Assembly (NCBI GenBank): GCA_963845065.1
Contig: CAWJQQ010000005.1
Coordinates: 224,001-288,000, forward strand
Length of the DNA stretch: 64,000 nucleotides
From: Nitrospirota bacterium
GTDB taxonomy: Bacteria > Nitrospirota > UBA9217
Direction: 5' to 3'
The translations under genes were made by a program, and so were the position numbers. Every line of letters starts with the position of its first letter. Within the stretch, counting starts at the first letter, position 1. The notes beneath the pieces were generated by a model. The model worked only from the letters and a program-made list of their open reading frames with translations, did no database searches and was not told the origin of the DNA. Below, piece after piece: positions 49,789-59,382 of this stretch.

Positions 49789-50368
49789 ACTGATTAGAAA
49801 GGACTCGGGGCTTGCCCGTTACGATATGCCGGCATTCAAGGAGGATTTTATTGTAGGCCGCGGAGCGGATCGCATCGAACGGGAAGCATATGAAAAAGGG
49901 TATGCAACAGGCGAAAAAGCCGGCTTCGACATGGGCGAAAAGAAGGCGAAAGTGCTGTTCGACAAACTGGATGCCCTACTGGCTGACGTCGCGACGATTC
50001 GACAGCAGATCGTGAAGGAAATGGAGACGCAATTTGTCGAGCTCGCAGTTAGCATCGCACGGAAGATCATTGTGAAGGAATTGACGGTCCAGCCCTCGGA
50101 GATCATCAAAATGACGAAGGATGGACTCTTGAAACTCGAGCGGACGGGGCAGATTAAGATCAAAGTAAACCCCACTCTCTACGATTTTTTCATGAAGCAT
50201 AAGCCTGATCTAACGCGGATCCATCCCGACATCGTAATCGATGTTGACCCCTCGGTTTCCCCTTTCGGAACCGTTGTGATGGGGCCCGTGGAGGACGTAG
50301 TGACCGACTTGGATGAGCAGCTGAAGAACCTGATCAAGGACCTGGTGGCTCAGCACGGCCAGAAATGA
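49781..50368 (+). CDS. fliH: FliH
   Basis: AYEKGY..GEKAG GxxxG repeats; IARKII; between fliG and fliI; TTG start inferred. Confidence 0.9.
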   Translation: MSKLIRKDSGLARYDMPAFKEDFIVGRGADRIEREAYEKGYATGEKAGFDMGEKKAKVLFDKLDALLADVATIRQQIVKEMETQFVELAVSIARKIIVKELTVQPSEIIKMTKDGLLKLERTGQIKIKVNPTLYDFFMKHKPDLTRIHPDIVIDVDPSVSPFGTVVMGPVEDVVTDLDEQLKNLIKDLVAQHGQK

Positions 50369-50522
50369 CTCCGACACAGAAAGTCAATAAATTACCACAG
50401 CGACAGTGAGAACGGTGAAATTTTTAATTTTACGGATTAACAAGGATAAAATAATTTTGTGTTAAGGACTTGACATTAGACTCTCAGTGTCTTCATTTGG
50501 CATTTTGTTATCGAGATTTATT

Positions 50523-51842
50523 ATGATTGATCTATCTTCCTATACCAAGGCCATCTCCGAAACCGACCCGATGAAGGTGTACGGTCGGGTCATTGAGATC
50601 ACGGGGATCATCATCAAGGCAACAGGGGTGAAGGCGAGCATCGGTGAATCGTGCCGAATCCTTTCTGACCACGTTGAACTCGACGCTGAAGTCGTAGGTT
50701 TCCGGGATGGGAAAGTGCTTCTTATGGCCGTCGGCGATCTCTCTGAGATCAAAGCCGGCAGCAGGGTCCTTCCGATCGGGAAAAAAGTTTCTGTTCGCGT
50801 ATCCCAGGCTCTTATCGGACGAGTGATCAACGACCGTGGCGAGCCTATCGACGGGAAAGGTCCCATCGTGGGCAGAGAGTACCCTTTATACTCCCTTACC
50901 CCCCACCCCTTGAAGCGGCAACGAATTTCTCAGCCGATCGACCTCGGCATCCGTTCGATCAACGGTCTGCTGACCTGCGGTAAGGGTCAACGCATCGGAA
51001 TCATGGCGGGTTCCGGCGTGGGAAAGAGTGTGCTGCTCGGGATGATGGCGCGGTATACGGCGGCGTCGGTGAACGTGATTGCGATGATCGGTGAACGCGG
51101 CCGGGAAGTGCGCGAGTTCATCGAAAAAGATTTAGGTGAAGAGGGCATAAAAAAGTCCGTGATTGTCGTATCGACTTCCGAACAGCCGCCACTGGCCAAA
51201 GTGCGGGGCGCCCTGGCCGCGACGGCCATTGCCGAATATTTTCGAGATCGGGGGAGCGACGTGCTTCTGCTCATGGACTCCCTGACCCGCGTGGCTATGG
51301 CACAGCGCGAGATCGGCCTCGCCACGGGCGAACCGCCAACGTCAAAGGGCTATACGCCCTCAGTATTTGCGCTGCTTCCCAAGCTCCTGGAACGGGTCGG
51401 CACGTCCGAGGGAAGCGGCAGCATCACCGGCCTGTACACAGTGCTAGTGGAAGGCGATGACTTGTCCGACCCAGTTGCTGACTCGGCTAGGGCAATTCTT
51501 GATGGGCACATCGTCCTGTCGCGCGAGCTGGCGATGGAAAGCCATTACCCGGCAATCGACGTGCTTCAGAGCATCAGCAGGCTCATGCCCGATATCGTGG
51601 ACGCAAAACACAAAGAATTAGCCTCCAGGTTCGTGGAAACTATGGCAACCTACAAGAAAGTGGAAGACATGATCAACCTCGGCGCTTACAAAGAAGGCTC
51701 CAATCCGAAAGTGGACCAAGCAATCAAGCTCTACGACAAGCTTCGGACTTATCTAAAGCAGGGAATAAATGAGCGGCGCGATTTTGCCGACTGCCTGCAA
51801 GGCCTCTACTTCTTGTTTGAGAATGCGGGAAACAAACCATGA
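50523..51842 (+). CDS. fliI: Flagellar export ATPase FliI
   Basis: AGSGVGKS; IGERGREV; LLMDSLTR; ILDGHIVL. Confidence 0.98.
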   Translation: MIDLSSYTKAISETDPMKVYGRVIEITGIIIKATGVKASIGESCRILSDHVELDAEVVGFRDGKVLLMAVGDLSEIKAGSRVLPIGKKVSVRVSQALIGRVINDRGEPIDGKGPIVGREYPLYSLTPHPLKRQRISQPIDLGIRSINGLLTCGKGQRIGIMAGSGVGKSVLLGMMARYTAASVNVIAMIGERGREVREFIEKDLGEEGIKKSVIVVSTSEQPPLAKVRGALAATAIAEYFRDRGSDVLLLMDSLTRVAMAQREIGLATGEPPTSKGYTPSVFALLPKLLERVGTSEGSGSITGLYTVLVEGDDLSDPVADSARAILDGHIVLSRELAMESHYPAIDVLQSISRLMPDIVDAKHKELASRFVETMATYKKVEDMINLGAYKEGSNPKVDQAIKLYDKLRTYLKQGINERRDFADCLQGLYFLFENAGNKP

Positions 51843-52276
51843 CGAAAGAAAAGATGGTGTCTAAGATCATCGAGATCAAGGAATTCAACAAAGAGCAACT
51901 CGAAGCCGAGGTTAGGAAGGTGCGGGAGCAACTGAATGCCGAGCAGGTGAAGCTCGACGGACTGGACCGGGAGTATAAAAAAACAATCGTCGAACTTGCA
52001 TGTAAACAGGCAGGCGCGATACATGCGCCCGAAATTGAGTTGTTTCATACGTACTTAAAACATATCGCCAAGCAGATCGATCAACAGAAAAGCGTCGTTG
52101 CGGCCCATGCCGCGGAAGTGGACCGGAAGCAGAGAGCCATGGTTGAGGCCTTCAAGGAACAGTGCCTCTTTGAAAAACTGCATGATAAGATCATCCATGA
52201 GCTGGCAAAAGAGATCTCGCATAACGAGCAAAAAGAAGCAGACTTTACGTTTCTCTGCAGAAGGGCGGGGAAATGA
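51839..52276 (+). CDS. fliJ: FliJ
   Basis: Coiled coil, EKL...EQKEAD motif, directly after fliI. Confidence 0.88.
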   Translation: MTKEKMVSKIIEIKEFNKEQLEAEVRKVREQLNAEQVKLDGLDREYKKTIVELACKQAGAIHAPEIELFHTYLKHIAKQIDQQKSVVAAHAAEVDRKQRAMVEAFKEQCLFEKLHDKIIHELAKEISHNEQKEADFTFLCRRAGK

Positions 52277-52794
52277 GAAGGAAGGGAAACAATGAGCAGA
52301 CGTCGGAGTTCAGCGGTCAGAACTTTAAAGCTGGGAAAAAACTGCTGGTCCTCGGTTTTGCAGCAGTTCTGTTCCTTCTGACATCTGCCATTCACGCCCA
52401 GGACGACCCAATCAAAGCCATAGAAACAAAACGCGTTGAGCTGATGGAAAAAGAAGAAGCGCTCAAACGCGATGAAGTAAGATTGAATGCTTTGAAAAAA
52501 GAGGTTGAGGCCAGGATCGAGACCTATACGCGGCTGCTGGACCGGATGGAAGCGATGCTCAAGCGTGTTGATCAGGTGAAAGGCGATACGATCGAGAACG
52601 TGGTCAAGGCCTATGAGGCGATGCCGCCTGAAGATGCGGCAGTGCGGATTTCCGCGCTGGACAACAATACGGCACTACGCATTATGACCCGCATGAAAAG
52701 CAAAAAAGCCGGAGCGATCATCGCAGTCATGGAGCCGAAAAAGGCCGCAACTCTCACACAACGTCTGTCCTCTATTATGAGTAAAAAACACTAA
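52273..52794 (+). CDS. MotE/YlxF/FlbB-like protein (MgtE_N-like C-terminus)
   Basis: TM/signal, coiled coil, VKAYEAMPPEDAA...MKSKKAGAIIAVMEPKKAA. Confidence 0.85.
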   Translation: MRRKGNNEQTSEFSGQNFKAGKKLLVLGFAAVLFLLTSAIHAQDDPIKAIETKRVELMEKEEALKRDEVRLNALKKEVEARIETYTRLLDRMEAMLKRVDQVKGDTIENVVKAYEAMPPEDAAVRISALDNNTALRIMTRMKSKKAGAIIAVMEPKKAATLTQRLSSIMSKKH

Positions 52795-52932
52795 ATAACC
52801 CTCCGGTTAAGGTTTCCGAACAGTTACCCGGAGTTCTGCTCTGAGTGCACTCCTTTCGAGAAGATAGTCCATAGAGGCTGTCGTGCCACGTTAAATACTT
52901 TATGCTGTCTCCGAGATATGCTACAATAGCCC

Positions 52933-53994
52933 ATGCGGATTTGGACCACGCCAAAATTTAATGAACTCTTTGCCATTAAGGAGCTGCCGGTTCGGCTGCT
53001 ACCGGACCATGAAATAAAAAAAATATATCTCCAGCATGCCGAGCTTGATGATATCGCGATTGTCGGCATTGATGATGATTATCTAGATTTTCTAGCCGAA
53101 GCCAGGGTGCGAGGCATTATTGGCCCGATCCTTATCATTTCGCCCGAACCGATAATGTACGAGAACGATCTTCAGCGATTCAACGCTCTTGTCCTGGATT
53201 TGAAGAAAATGGGGGGCGAAGCGGTGTATGACATCGTCCATTATGTCCTGTTTACGGCGCGGCACTACTGCGCTTCATCGTCGCCAGTGCTTCCGCTTCC
53301 TGCCTCATCCAATATTTCTGTTAATATAAAACCGGTGGAGGATGTCGCCACCATCCGCAAGCAGTTGGCTTATCTGCATGAGGAAGAAATTCCGGTCATC
53401 GTTGCCATAGATATCCAGGAACACGGCGTGCCGGTCACTGCGCGCGGGGTTTGCGCAATAAAAGCGATAACGGATGATTCCATTGTCCTGAACCGCTTTA
53501 AACAGGCGGTTTTTCTGCAGGCCATGAAAAAAGGAAATTCCATCAAGTTATATCACACCTATCGTCAGCTAAATCACGAAGCAATCATCGATATTCAAAG
53601 GACCACGAACACGGAAACTCACGCCTCGCTGCCAGACCGTCTATTCATTAAAAAAGACATCCGGATTCAGCCAAACAAGAAGAAACCTGTTGCACTGCAC
53701 GTCTTTATTCCTGGAGAACCGACGACTGCCTGCGACGTCATCGACATCAGCACTAGGGGCATCGGGTTTGTCTGTCTCCGCCATTTCCCCGTTGACTGCA
53801 TATTCAGCCTTTCAATTCAGTTACCCGACCCTAACATGATCATTCTTACGCCCGGCATTATGCGATATAAAAAGGAAAGCAGGGAAGGGATTCATTACGG
53901 TGCGGAAATCAGGCCCCACCCGTGGGATGAAGAAAGCATTGCAAAATATGTCATGAAACGGGAAGCAGAAATTATCAGCCTCCTGAGATATTAG
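52933..53994 (+). CDS. PilZ-domain protein (YcgR-like C-terminal half)
   Basis: DISTRG matches DxSxxG; I.KYVMKRE C-terminal helix; RxxxR degenerate (KKDIR). Confidence 0.75.
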   Translation: MRIWTTPKFNELFAIKELPVRLLPDHEIKKIYLQHAELDDIAIVGIDDDYLDFLAEARVRGIIGPILIISPEPIMYENDLQRFNALVLDLKKMGGEAVYDIVHYVLFTARHYCASSSPVLPLPASSNISVNIKPVEDVATIRKQLAYLHEEEIPVIVAIDIQEHGVPVTARGVCAIKAITDDSIVLNRFKQAVFLQAMKKGNSIKLYHTYRQLNHEAIIDIQRTTNTETHASLPDRLFIKKDIRIQPNKKKPVALHVFIPGEPTTACDVIDISTRGIGFVCLRHFPVDCIFSLSIQLPDPNMIILTPGIMRYKKESREGIHYGAEIRPHPWDEESIAKYVMKREAEIISLLRY

Positions 53995-54270
53995 CAAGAA
54001 ATTACCCGTAAATATTCTTATAATCAATAGGTAACCAAATCTCTCCCTGTCTAAAAAATAATCTTAACATAGGACTATCATTCATTAAAACAGAGAATGA
54101 TGAATTTGCTCGCAAATTGACTAAGGCGAAGGGTAAATGTCAGAATGTATGCAGCTTTTTTTGTCAATCCTCATGGGTCCTTTTTTTGCCACACGGGTGA
54201 ATGTTACATTTCTGTTAAATCTTTTTGCTCCTCTTGAATTCATTTGAAGATAAATGTTATAAATACGTTT

Positions 54271-54966
54271 ATGAACAATAAAATTTTGATCGTAGATGAT
54301 GAACCGGATATTGCTGACGTCATATCTTATAATTTGAAAAAAGATGGTTTCAGGGTCACGACGGCTTCTGATGGCGAAGAAGCGCTTAATAAAATCAGGA
54401 AAGACAAATTTGATCTGGTAATTCTCGACCTCATGCTTCCTAATATCCAGGGCGGGGAACTATGCCGTATCATGAAAAACGACCCCAAAACGGCTGGCAC
54501 TCCTATTATCATGCTTACGGCAAAAGGAGAGGAGGTGGATAGGGTCATAGGCCTGGAAAGCGGTGCTGACGATTATATAACAAAACCATTCAGTGTCAGA
54601 GAACTCATCGCGCGAATCAGGGCGGTATTGAGGAGAGCTGGTGAAAAAACAACAATGCAAAAGATCATGCGCATCGGGAAACTAAGTATTAACACGGAAA
54701 CCTATGGCGTTACCAAGGGCACTACCCCACTAGAGCTCAGTGCAACGGAATTTAAGCTGCTTTTGTATCTCGTTCAGCGAAAGGGCAAGGTGTTCAGCCG
54801 CGAACAACTTGTGGACGCCGTGTGGAAAGGAGAGGCGTTTATCGAACCGAGGACAGTCGACGTACATATCCGGAGGCTTCGGACCCAGATAGAAGATGAC
54901 CCTTCAAATCCAACATACCTCAAGACGAGAAGGGGAGTAGGCTATTTTGTGGACTCGGCCCTATGA
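54271..54966 (+). CDS. OmpR-family response regulator, PhoB-like
   Basis: MLTAKGEE.DRV.GLE.GADDY.TKPFS; SREQL.DAVW....IEPRTVDVHIRRLR; Pho-box-like sites and psiE nearby. Confidence 0.88.
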   Translation: MNNKILIVDDEPDIADVISYNLKKDGFRVTTASDGEEALNKIRKDKFDLVILDLMLPNIQGGELCRIMKNDPKTAGTPIIMLTAKGEEVDRVIGLESGADDYITKPFSVRELIARIRAVLRRAGEKTTMQKIMRIGKLSINTETYGVTKGTTPLELSATEFKLLLYLVQRKGKVFSREQLVDAVWKGEAFIEPRTVDVHIRRLRTQIEDDPSNPTYLKTRRGVGYFVDSAL

Positions 54967-55445
54967 TGTGAAGCGCACATCTTCAGCGGCCTATTTCATT
55001 GTATGCCCTCGGATGCCGTTGTGGTGCTTAGACAGGATGGATGATAATGAAAATTGGGATTTTGGGATCTATGCTCCCGGTAATCTGGAAGCACACTCGC
55101 TGTTCAGTAACGAAGTCGTGGAATTTTTATCCTTCCTTTGATTTTCCGACGCCACCTGACCCAAGGCCTGCGTTGCGGTCGATGAGATAAACTCGCAAAG
55201 GGCAATCGCGATTTTCTTGCGAGTCGAATAAGGCATTGAAAAGCTGGCAGCGGTAATAACATTTTGCAGACTGCCGCAATATTTTGTCGAAAACCTAAAC
55301 AATTCAATTAATGCTCGTTAGGCAAAGAAGCGTCTCGATACGGGACGTGCGAACGGCCACTAACGTCCTTTACCACGCGAAGTCAAACGCCCATCATCAT
55401 AATTACCCCGATGGCTCCAACCGCGAAAAAGATTATTTCATCATC

Positions 55446-55490
55446 TTGTCATCAAACTGTAATGTCAATGTAACAGCGCAAGAGTATAGT
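55446..55490 (+). promoter_or_regulatory. Pho-box promoter
   Basis: TTGTCAT-CAAA-CTGTAAT-GTCA-ATGTAAC (11-bp period), 10 bp, then TATAGT. Confidence 0.8.
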
Positions 55491-55629
55491 TTCACTTCAT
55501 ACTGAAACGCTTTGTGACAGTGGCCAAGGGGGAGCTGATCACCAGCACAGTTACGCATCGCGATCCGACAAGAAACTGTTTCTGTATTGGCAATATCACG
55601 AAATGCGTCATATCTAAGCTCCTGGTGAG

Positions 55630-56034
55630 AAAGCGAATATAAAATACTTTGCTAAATCGTCGACGGCTTGATTAAATCCCTGATACCCTTCGTGATCATC
55701 ATCCTTTTGACGGGAATCGTACGTGTGTTACTCGACCTGCGTTCCATTTTCGGGAGCCAGATGCTGACGGTCGCCTTTGACTTGATGGTGGCCAACAGCC
55801 TTTCGATGTTGATCGTCATCGAACTGCTACGGAGTATTATTAAATATTTACCGTGCACAGGCTCAAAATAACCTTTATAAACGACGCCACACTTGTGTTT
55901 GTTCTCCGCCAAAGCACGATCGGATTTACCATCACAGCCTGGAGCATGGAATGATTATGGCACATGCGGCACTGGTTCTTGTAATTGGCGGAAGCAGGAC
56001 GAATGCTGTCGTTTTCTCACCGGAAAAGATCTAA
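55630..56034 (+). pseudogene. psiE: Frameshifted PsiE-family membrane protein
   Basis: IVDGLIKSLIP...LIVIELLRSIIKY /fs/ TVHRLKITFINDATLVFVLR /fs/ AALVLVIGGSRTNAVVFSPEKI*; in-frame stop near the 5' end; start approximate. Confidence 0.8.
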
Positions 56035-56165
56035 GAAATGGAAGTAGAGAAACAAGGACAACAGAATAAATGAAAAATGGATTCTGCGCTGTTCGCGATT
56101 ACTCTGACAATACTTCTCCTAATGACCATCCATTAGAAAGATAGAGAAGGGATAGAAGGCTTAAC

Positions 56166-57428
56166 ATGAGAGACCGGACAATGAAGCCAATTTTTCCGGA
56201 AGACTTTCAATGGGGCGTTGCTACATCGGCTTTTCAGCTCGAAGGCTCTCCCAACGCAGATTGGGCGACTTGGGACCCCGTCTTAAGCGATATCCCGCTG
56301 ATAACGAACCACTATGCCCTTTTCAGAGAGGACCTCAAACTCTTGAAGGAACTAGGGGTCAATGCCTATCGCTTCTCTATTGAGTGGAGCAGGATCCAGC
56401 CGCGAGAAGATACCTGGGACGAAGAGGCCGTTGCGCACTACCAGGAAATTATCGACATTCTACGAAGCTACAACATTGAACCAATGGTCACACTCCACCA
56501 TTTTACCCATCCTCGCTGGTTTCTAGAGAGGTCACCCTGGCACCGGCCTGCATCTATCGAGAAATTTCTGCGCTACGTTGAGATGATGGTCTCGACTCTC
56601 AAGAATGTCCGGTACTGGATAACATTCAATGAGCCCTATGTCATCCTGATCGGCGGATACCTCGACGGCTGCACGCCTCCTGGCCTCAGGGACGTTCCCC
56701 GGTCCCTTGTCGCGCTTCAAAATATATTCACCTGCCACGGCAAAGCATACGATATCATTCATCGGTACGTCCCCGATGCACAGGTCAGCATCGCGCATAA
56801 CATGTCCGTATTTGCCCCTTGGAAGAAATGGAACCCCCTCGACCGGCTCCTGAAGAAGTCGGCGAACTATTTCTACAATCACTCGATCATCAACGCTTTC
56901 CAGACCGGTGTATTTATCATTAAATTCCCCTTTTCGCGCGCAGTGGAGATCGAAATCCCAATTAAGGACAAGCTCGATTTCTTCGGTGTGAATTACTATA
57001 CCCGAATCCACCTCCGGTTCAATCCTTTCAAGAAAATGGGAGTAGAACTTCGCTACGCAGATATTGAAGGCCACGGTCTAACTAATCTCGGGTGGGAGGT
57101 CCACCCGCGTGGTCTGGCAAAAGTCTTACGCTATGCTTCACGGCTCGATATTCCGCTTATCATCACCGAGAACGGCATCGCAACGCATGATAGCGAGGAA
57201 AAGGTAAAATATATGAAACGCCACGTGGATGTTGTTGAGCGATGTTTGAAGGATGGTCTCGATGTCAGGGGATATTTTTACTGGACCCTTATCGACAATT
57301 ACGAATGGCTTCAGGGACTCGATGCCAGGTTCGGCCTCTACCGCGTTGATTTCAAAACACTCAGACGTTCCCCGACAAGCGCCGCAACCTATTACTCATA
57401 CCTGATACAGAGCCGATCGAAAATTTAG
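56166..57428 (+). CDS. Glycoside hydrolase family 1 (beta-glucosidase-like)
   Basis: FQWGVATSAFQLEG; TFNEP acid/base; ITENG nucleophile; DNYEW; no signal peptide. Confidence 0.96.
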   Translation: MRDRTMKPIFPEDFQWGVATSAFQLEGSPNADWATWDPVLSDIPLITNHYALFREDLKLLKELGVNAYRFSIEWSRIQPREDTWDEEAVAHYQEIIDILRSYNIEPMVTLHHFTHPRWFLERSPWHRPASIEKFLRYVEMMVSTLKNVRYWITFNEPYVILIGGYLDGCTPPGLRDVPRSLVALQNIFTCHGKAYDIIHRYVPDAQVSIAHNMSVFAPWKKWNPLDRLLKKSANYFYNHSIINAFQTGVFIIKFPFSRAVEIEIPIKDKLDFFGVNYYTRIHLRFNPFKKMGVELRYADIEGHGLTNLGWEVHPRGLAKVLRYASRLDIPLIITENGIATHDSEEKVKYMKRHVDVVERCLKDGLDVRGYFYWTLIDNYEWLQGLDARFGLYRVDFKTLRRSPTSAATYYSYLIQSRSKI

Positions 57429-57460
57429 TAGAGACTTTACTAGCGGTAAATCGTTGATTT

Positions 57461-57515
57461 ATTCACGATCATGTAACGAGAATATCATACTCATGTAACA
57501 TGCATCGTGTAATAT
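57461..57515 (+). promoter_or_regulatory. Pho-box-like promoter
   Basis: ATTCAC/TGTAAC/TATCAT/TGTAAC at 11-bp period, 10 bp, then TAATAT. Confidence 0.65.
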
Positions 57516-57538
57516 CGGTACAGGTACGGGAGGAATCT

Positions 57539-57748
57539 ATGTACAATTCTCAAACAGCGTTCGGAAATAAGTCCTCAGCCACGAGTATCGAGAATTCTAT
57601 TTGCCCCTACAGGAAAGTCCAAAGCATGTATTGCTCTGCATCCGTCATGAAAATGCTCATTGACCAGCGAAGAAATATGACCCATTGCCTTACAGAAGAT
57701 TTCGATTGCTGCCCTGTGTTTCTGGCTAAAGTCTTGAGAGGAAAATAA
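57539..57748 (+). CDS. Small cysteine-containing hypothetical protein (69 aa)
   Basis: GGGAGG RBS; CP..C.AS...C.TEDFDCCPVFLAKVLR. Confidence 0.75.
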   Translation: MYNSQTAFGNKSSATSIENSICPYRKVQSMYCSASVMKMLIDQRRNMTHCLTEDFDCCPVFLAKVLRGK

Positions 57749-57810
57749 ATTCGATTGTTAAATTAGCTGCAAGTGCAGAGTCATATCTCTCGAACGAGAA
57801 GGGGGTTGCT

Positions 57811-58041
57811 ATGATGAAGCAAATGTCTTCAGTAATTTCTCGATCCGGCTACGACACTGACAATGATCAGCATGTTCAAGCCATTGACAGGCTTGTGTAT
57901 GAACTTGGAATGCCGGCGGAAGTCGTTAACAGATCCTATAGAGAGGTATTGGAGGAACTGAAAAAGGACATCAAAGTGAAGGCCTTTCTTCCCATACTAG
58001 TCAGCAAAGGCGTCAAAGAACGCTTCTTGCGGCAGCGGTAA
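57811..58041 (+). CDS. Small helical protein, DUF3562-like
   Basis: AI.RL..E...P...V...Y...L..L.....V.AFLPILV...V.E pattern; GGGGG RBS. Confidence 0.7.
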   Translation: MMKQMSSVISRSGYDTDNDQHVQAIDRLVYELGMPAEVVNRSYREVLEELKKDIKVKAFLPILVSKGVKERFLRQR

Positions 58042-58159
58042 TACGTCATATCCTGCTATATGTTAAACAATTTCAGAACTCTGGAAGGCGGAACTTTTTT
58101 ACTAAATAAAGGGCAGCGTTCGAATTGTCGCCTGGCAAAGGGAGTGGAGGTGATTGTGC

Positions 58160-58258
58160 ATGAATAAGACCATCCTGAAAGCAATTGAATATGGTTTAAC
58201 CACAGCAGGGGTGATCATCGGAATCCTGTTTATTATCCTTATCATCCGCGGGATGTGA
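58160..58258 (+). CDS. Small single-TM protein (32 aa)
   Basis: GGAGGTG RBS; MNKTILKAIEYGLTTAGVIIGILFIILIIRGM*. Confidence 0.6.
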   Translation: MNKTILKAIEYGLTTAGVIIGILFIILIIRGM

Positions 58259-58799
58259 ATAAGTTGTATTGAAGGAGTTTCGCTTGGTCATAGAATATCC
58301 CATTCATATCGACCACTCGCCAGAGCTTGATCGGCATCAAGAGACGATGTTCCTCATGGGGAAGCCGGCTCCTGCGAAACGCTATGACCACTCCACGGAT
58401 GATCCAATTGATTTTGAATCGTGACCGGTAATTGCACGCGAATCACATCAATAGAGTCGAAAGGCTCTCAAGCCGATCAATTGATGACTGGGCGTACCTT
58501 TGCAAGATCGTGACTGGCATCTAATGAATCAGTCAAGAACCCTGACTTCTGGCATCATCGTTAGCTAGCCAATTTTTAAAAACATGTGGCATGGCCTAAC
58601 AAATGATGAAACCCATTTTGTCTCATTGCCCTAAAATCAGACAACAATTTAATCGAACTTTCATGTTTTCTTCATACTATCGTAATTCCCTTCCTGTATC
58701 ATCGTCTCAATGGCTGATAAAAAAATTCAGCAGTATTATGGTGCTTTTATGAGGAATAGCGGTGGAGTGCTGTAAAAAAAGCAGACTGAAGAGGAATAA

Positions 58800-59075
58800 A
58801 TGAATCATGTCATAATTAAGATTGAAAGCGGTGTTGTTGCCGACGTATATTTCACCGAGCCTGTTAACGTAACCATAGTTGATCATGACGTTATCGAATG
58901 CGGTGATACTTACGAGACTCGAATGAAAAAAGCTGTACTTTCCATGACGCCGGAACGGAGATTCAGGCACGAGGACATTGAGCAGGTTGTCGCGACGTTG
59001 GTTCTCGAATGTAGACGCCCTGGAGACCGGCATGCTCCCGCCGCTATAAGCCTGATTTTTCAACCTGATCTGTAA
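58800..59075 (+). CDS. Hypothetical protein
   Basis: GAGG RBS; VII.IESGVV.DVY....V.V.IVD.D beta-rich N-terminus. Confidence 0.65.
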   Translation: MNHVIIKIESGVVADVYFTEPVNVTIVDHDVIECGDTYETRMKKAVLSMTPERRFRHEDIEQVVATLVLECRRPGDRHAPAAISLIFQPDL

Positions 59076-59320
59076 AATATTCTAGAATTTAATGGTTATG
59101 GGAGAACGGTAGAATGGGACAGTCTAGGGAAAGATTGGATGGACAGGAGCATATAGCTAATCAGTTGACAATGACAAAGGAAGCTTCGGTAAGCGAAAGT
59201 TCGATAATCAGTTGAAAAATAAGTATCACACCTCCGGGGGTCGGAATGCCTCCTTTTCTTAAGACGACGTGTACCTTCATCTGTCCTCGGTCTCACCGTG
59301 ATTAAAATAATCCTTTATTC

Positions 59321-59374
59321 TTAACTAAAACTTAACATTATCTTCATTCTCCTGTAACAGCGGGAGTGTAAGGT
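59321..59374 (+). promoter_or_regulatory. Pho-box-like promoter of lipid operon
   Basis: TTAACT/TTAACA/TTCATT/GTAACA at 11-bp period; TGTAAC-N10-TAAGGT; ATG 8 nt after the -10, no SD. Confidence 0.7.
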
Positions 59375-59382
59375 ATCTTCAA

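Noticed and set aside
52891..52918. Possible sigma28 promoter before the PilZ gene (TAAA...TCCGAGAT)
   Set aside because: Spacing and -10 match are too poor to call
58260..58790. Intergenic stretch with broken ORF fragments
   Set aside because: No recognisable family, RNA structure or IS ends by eye
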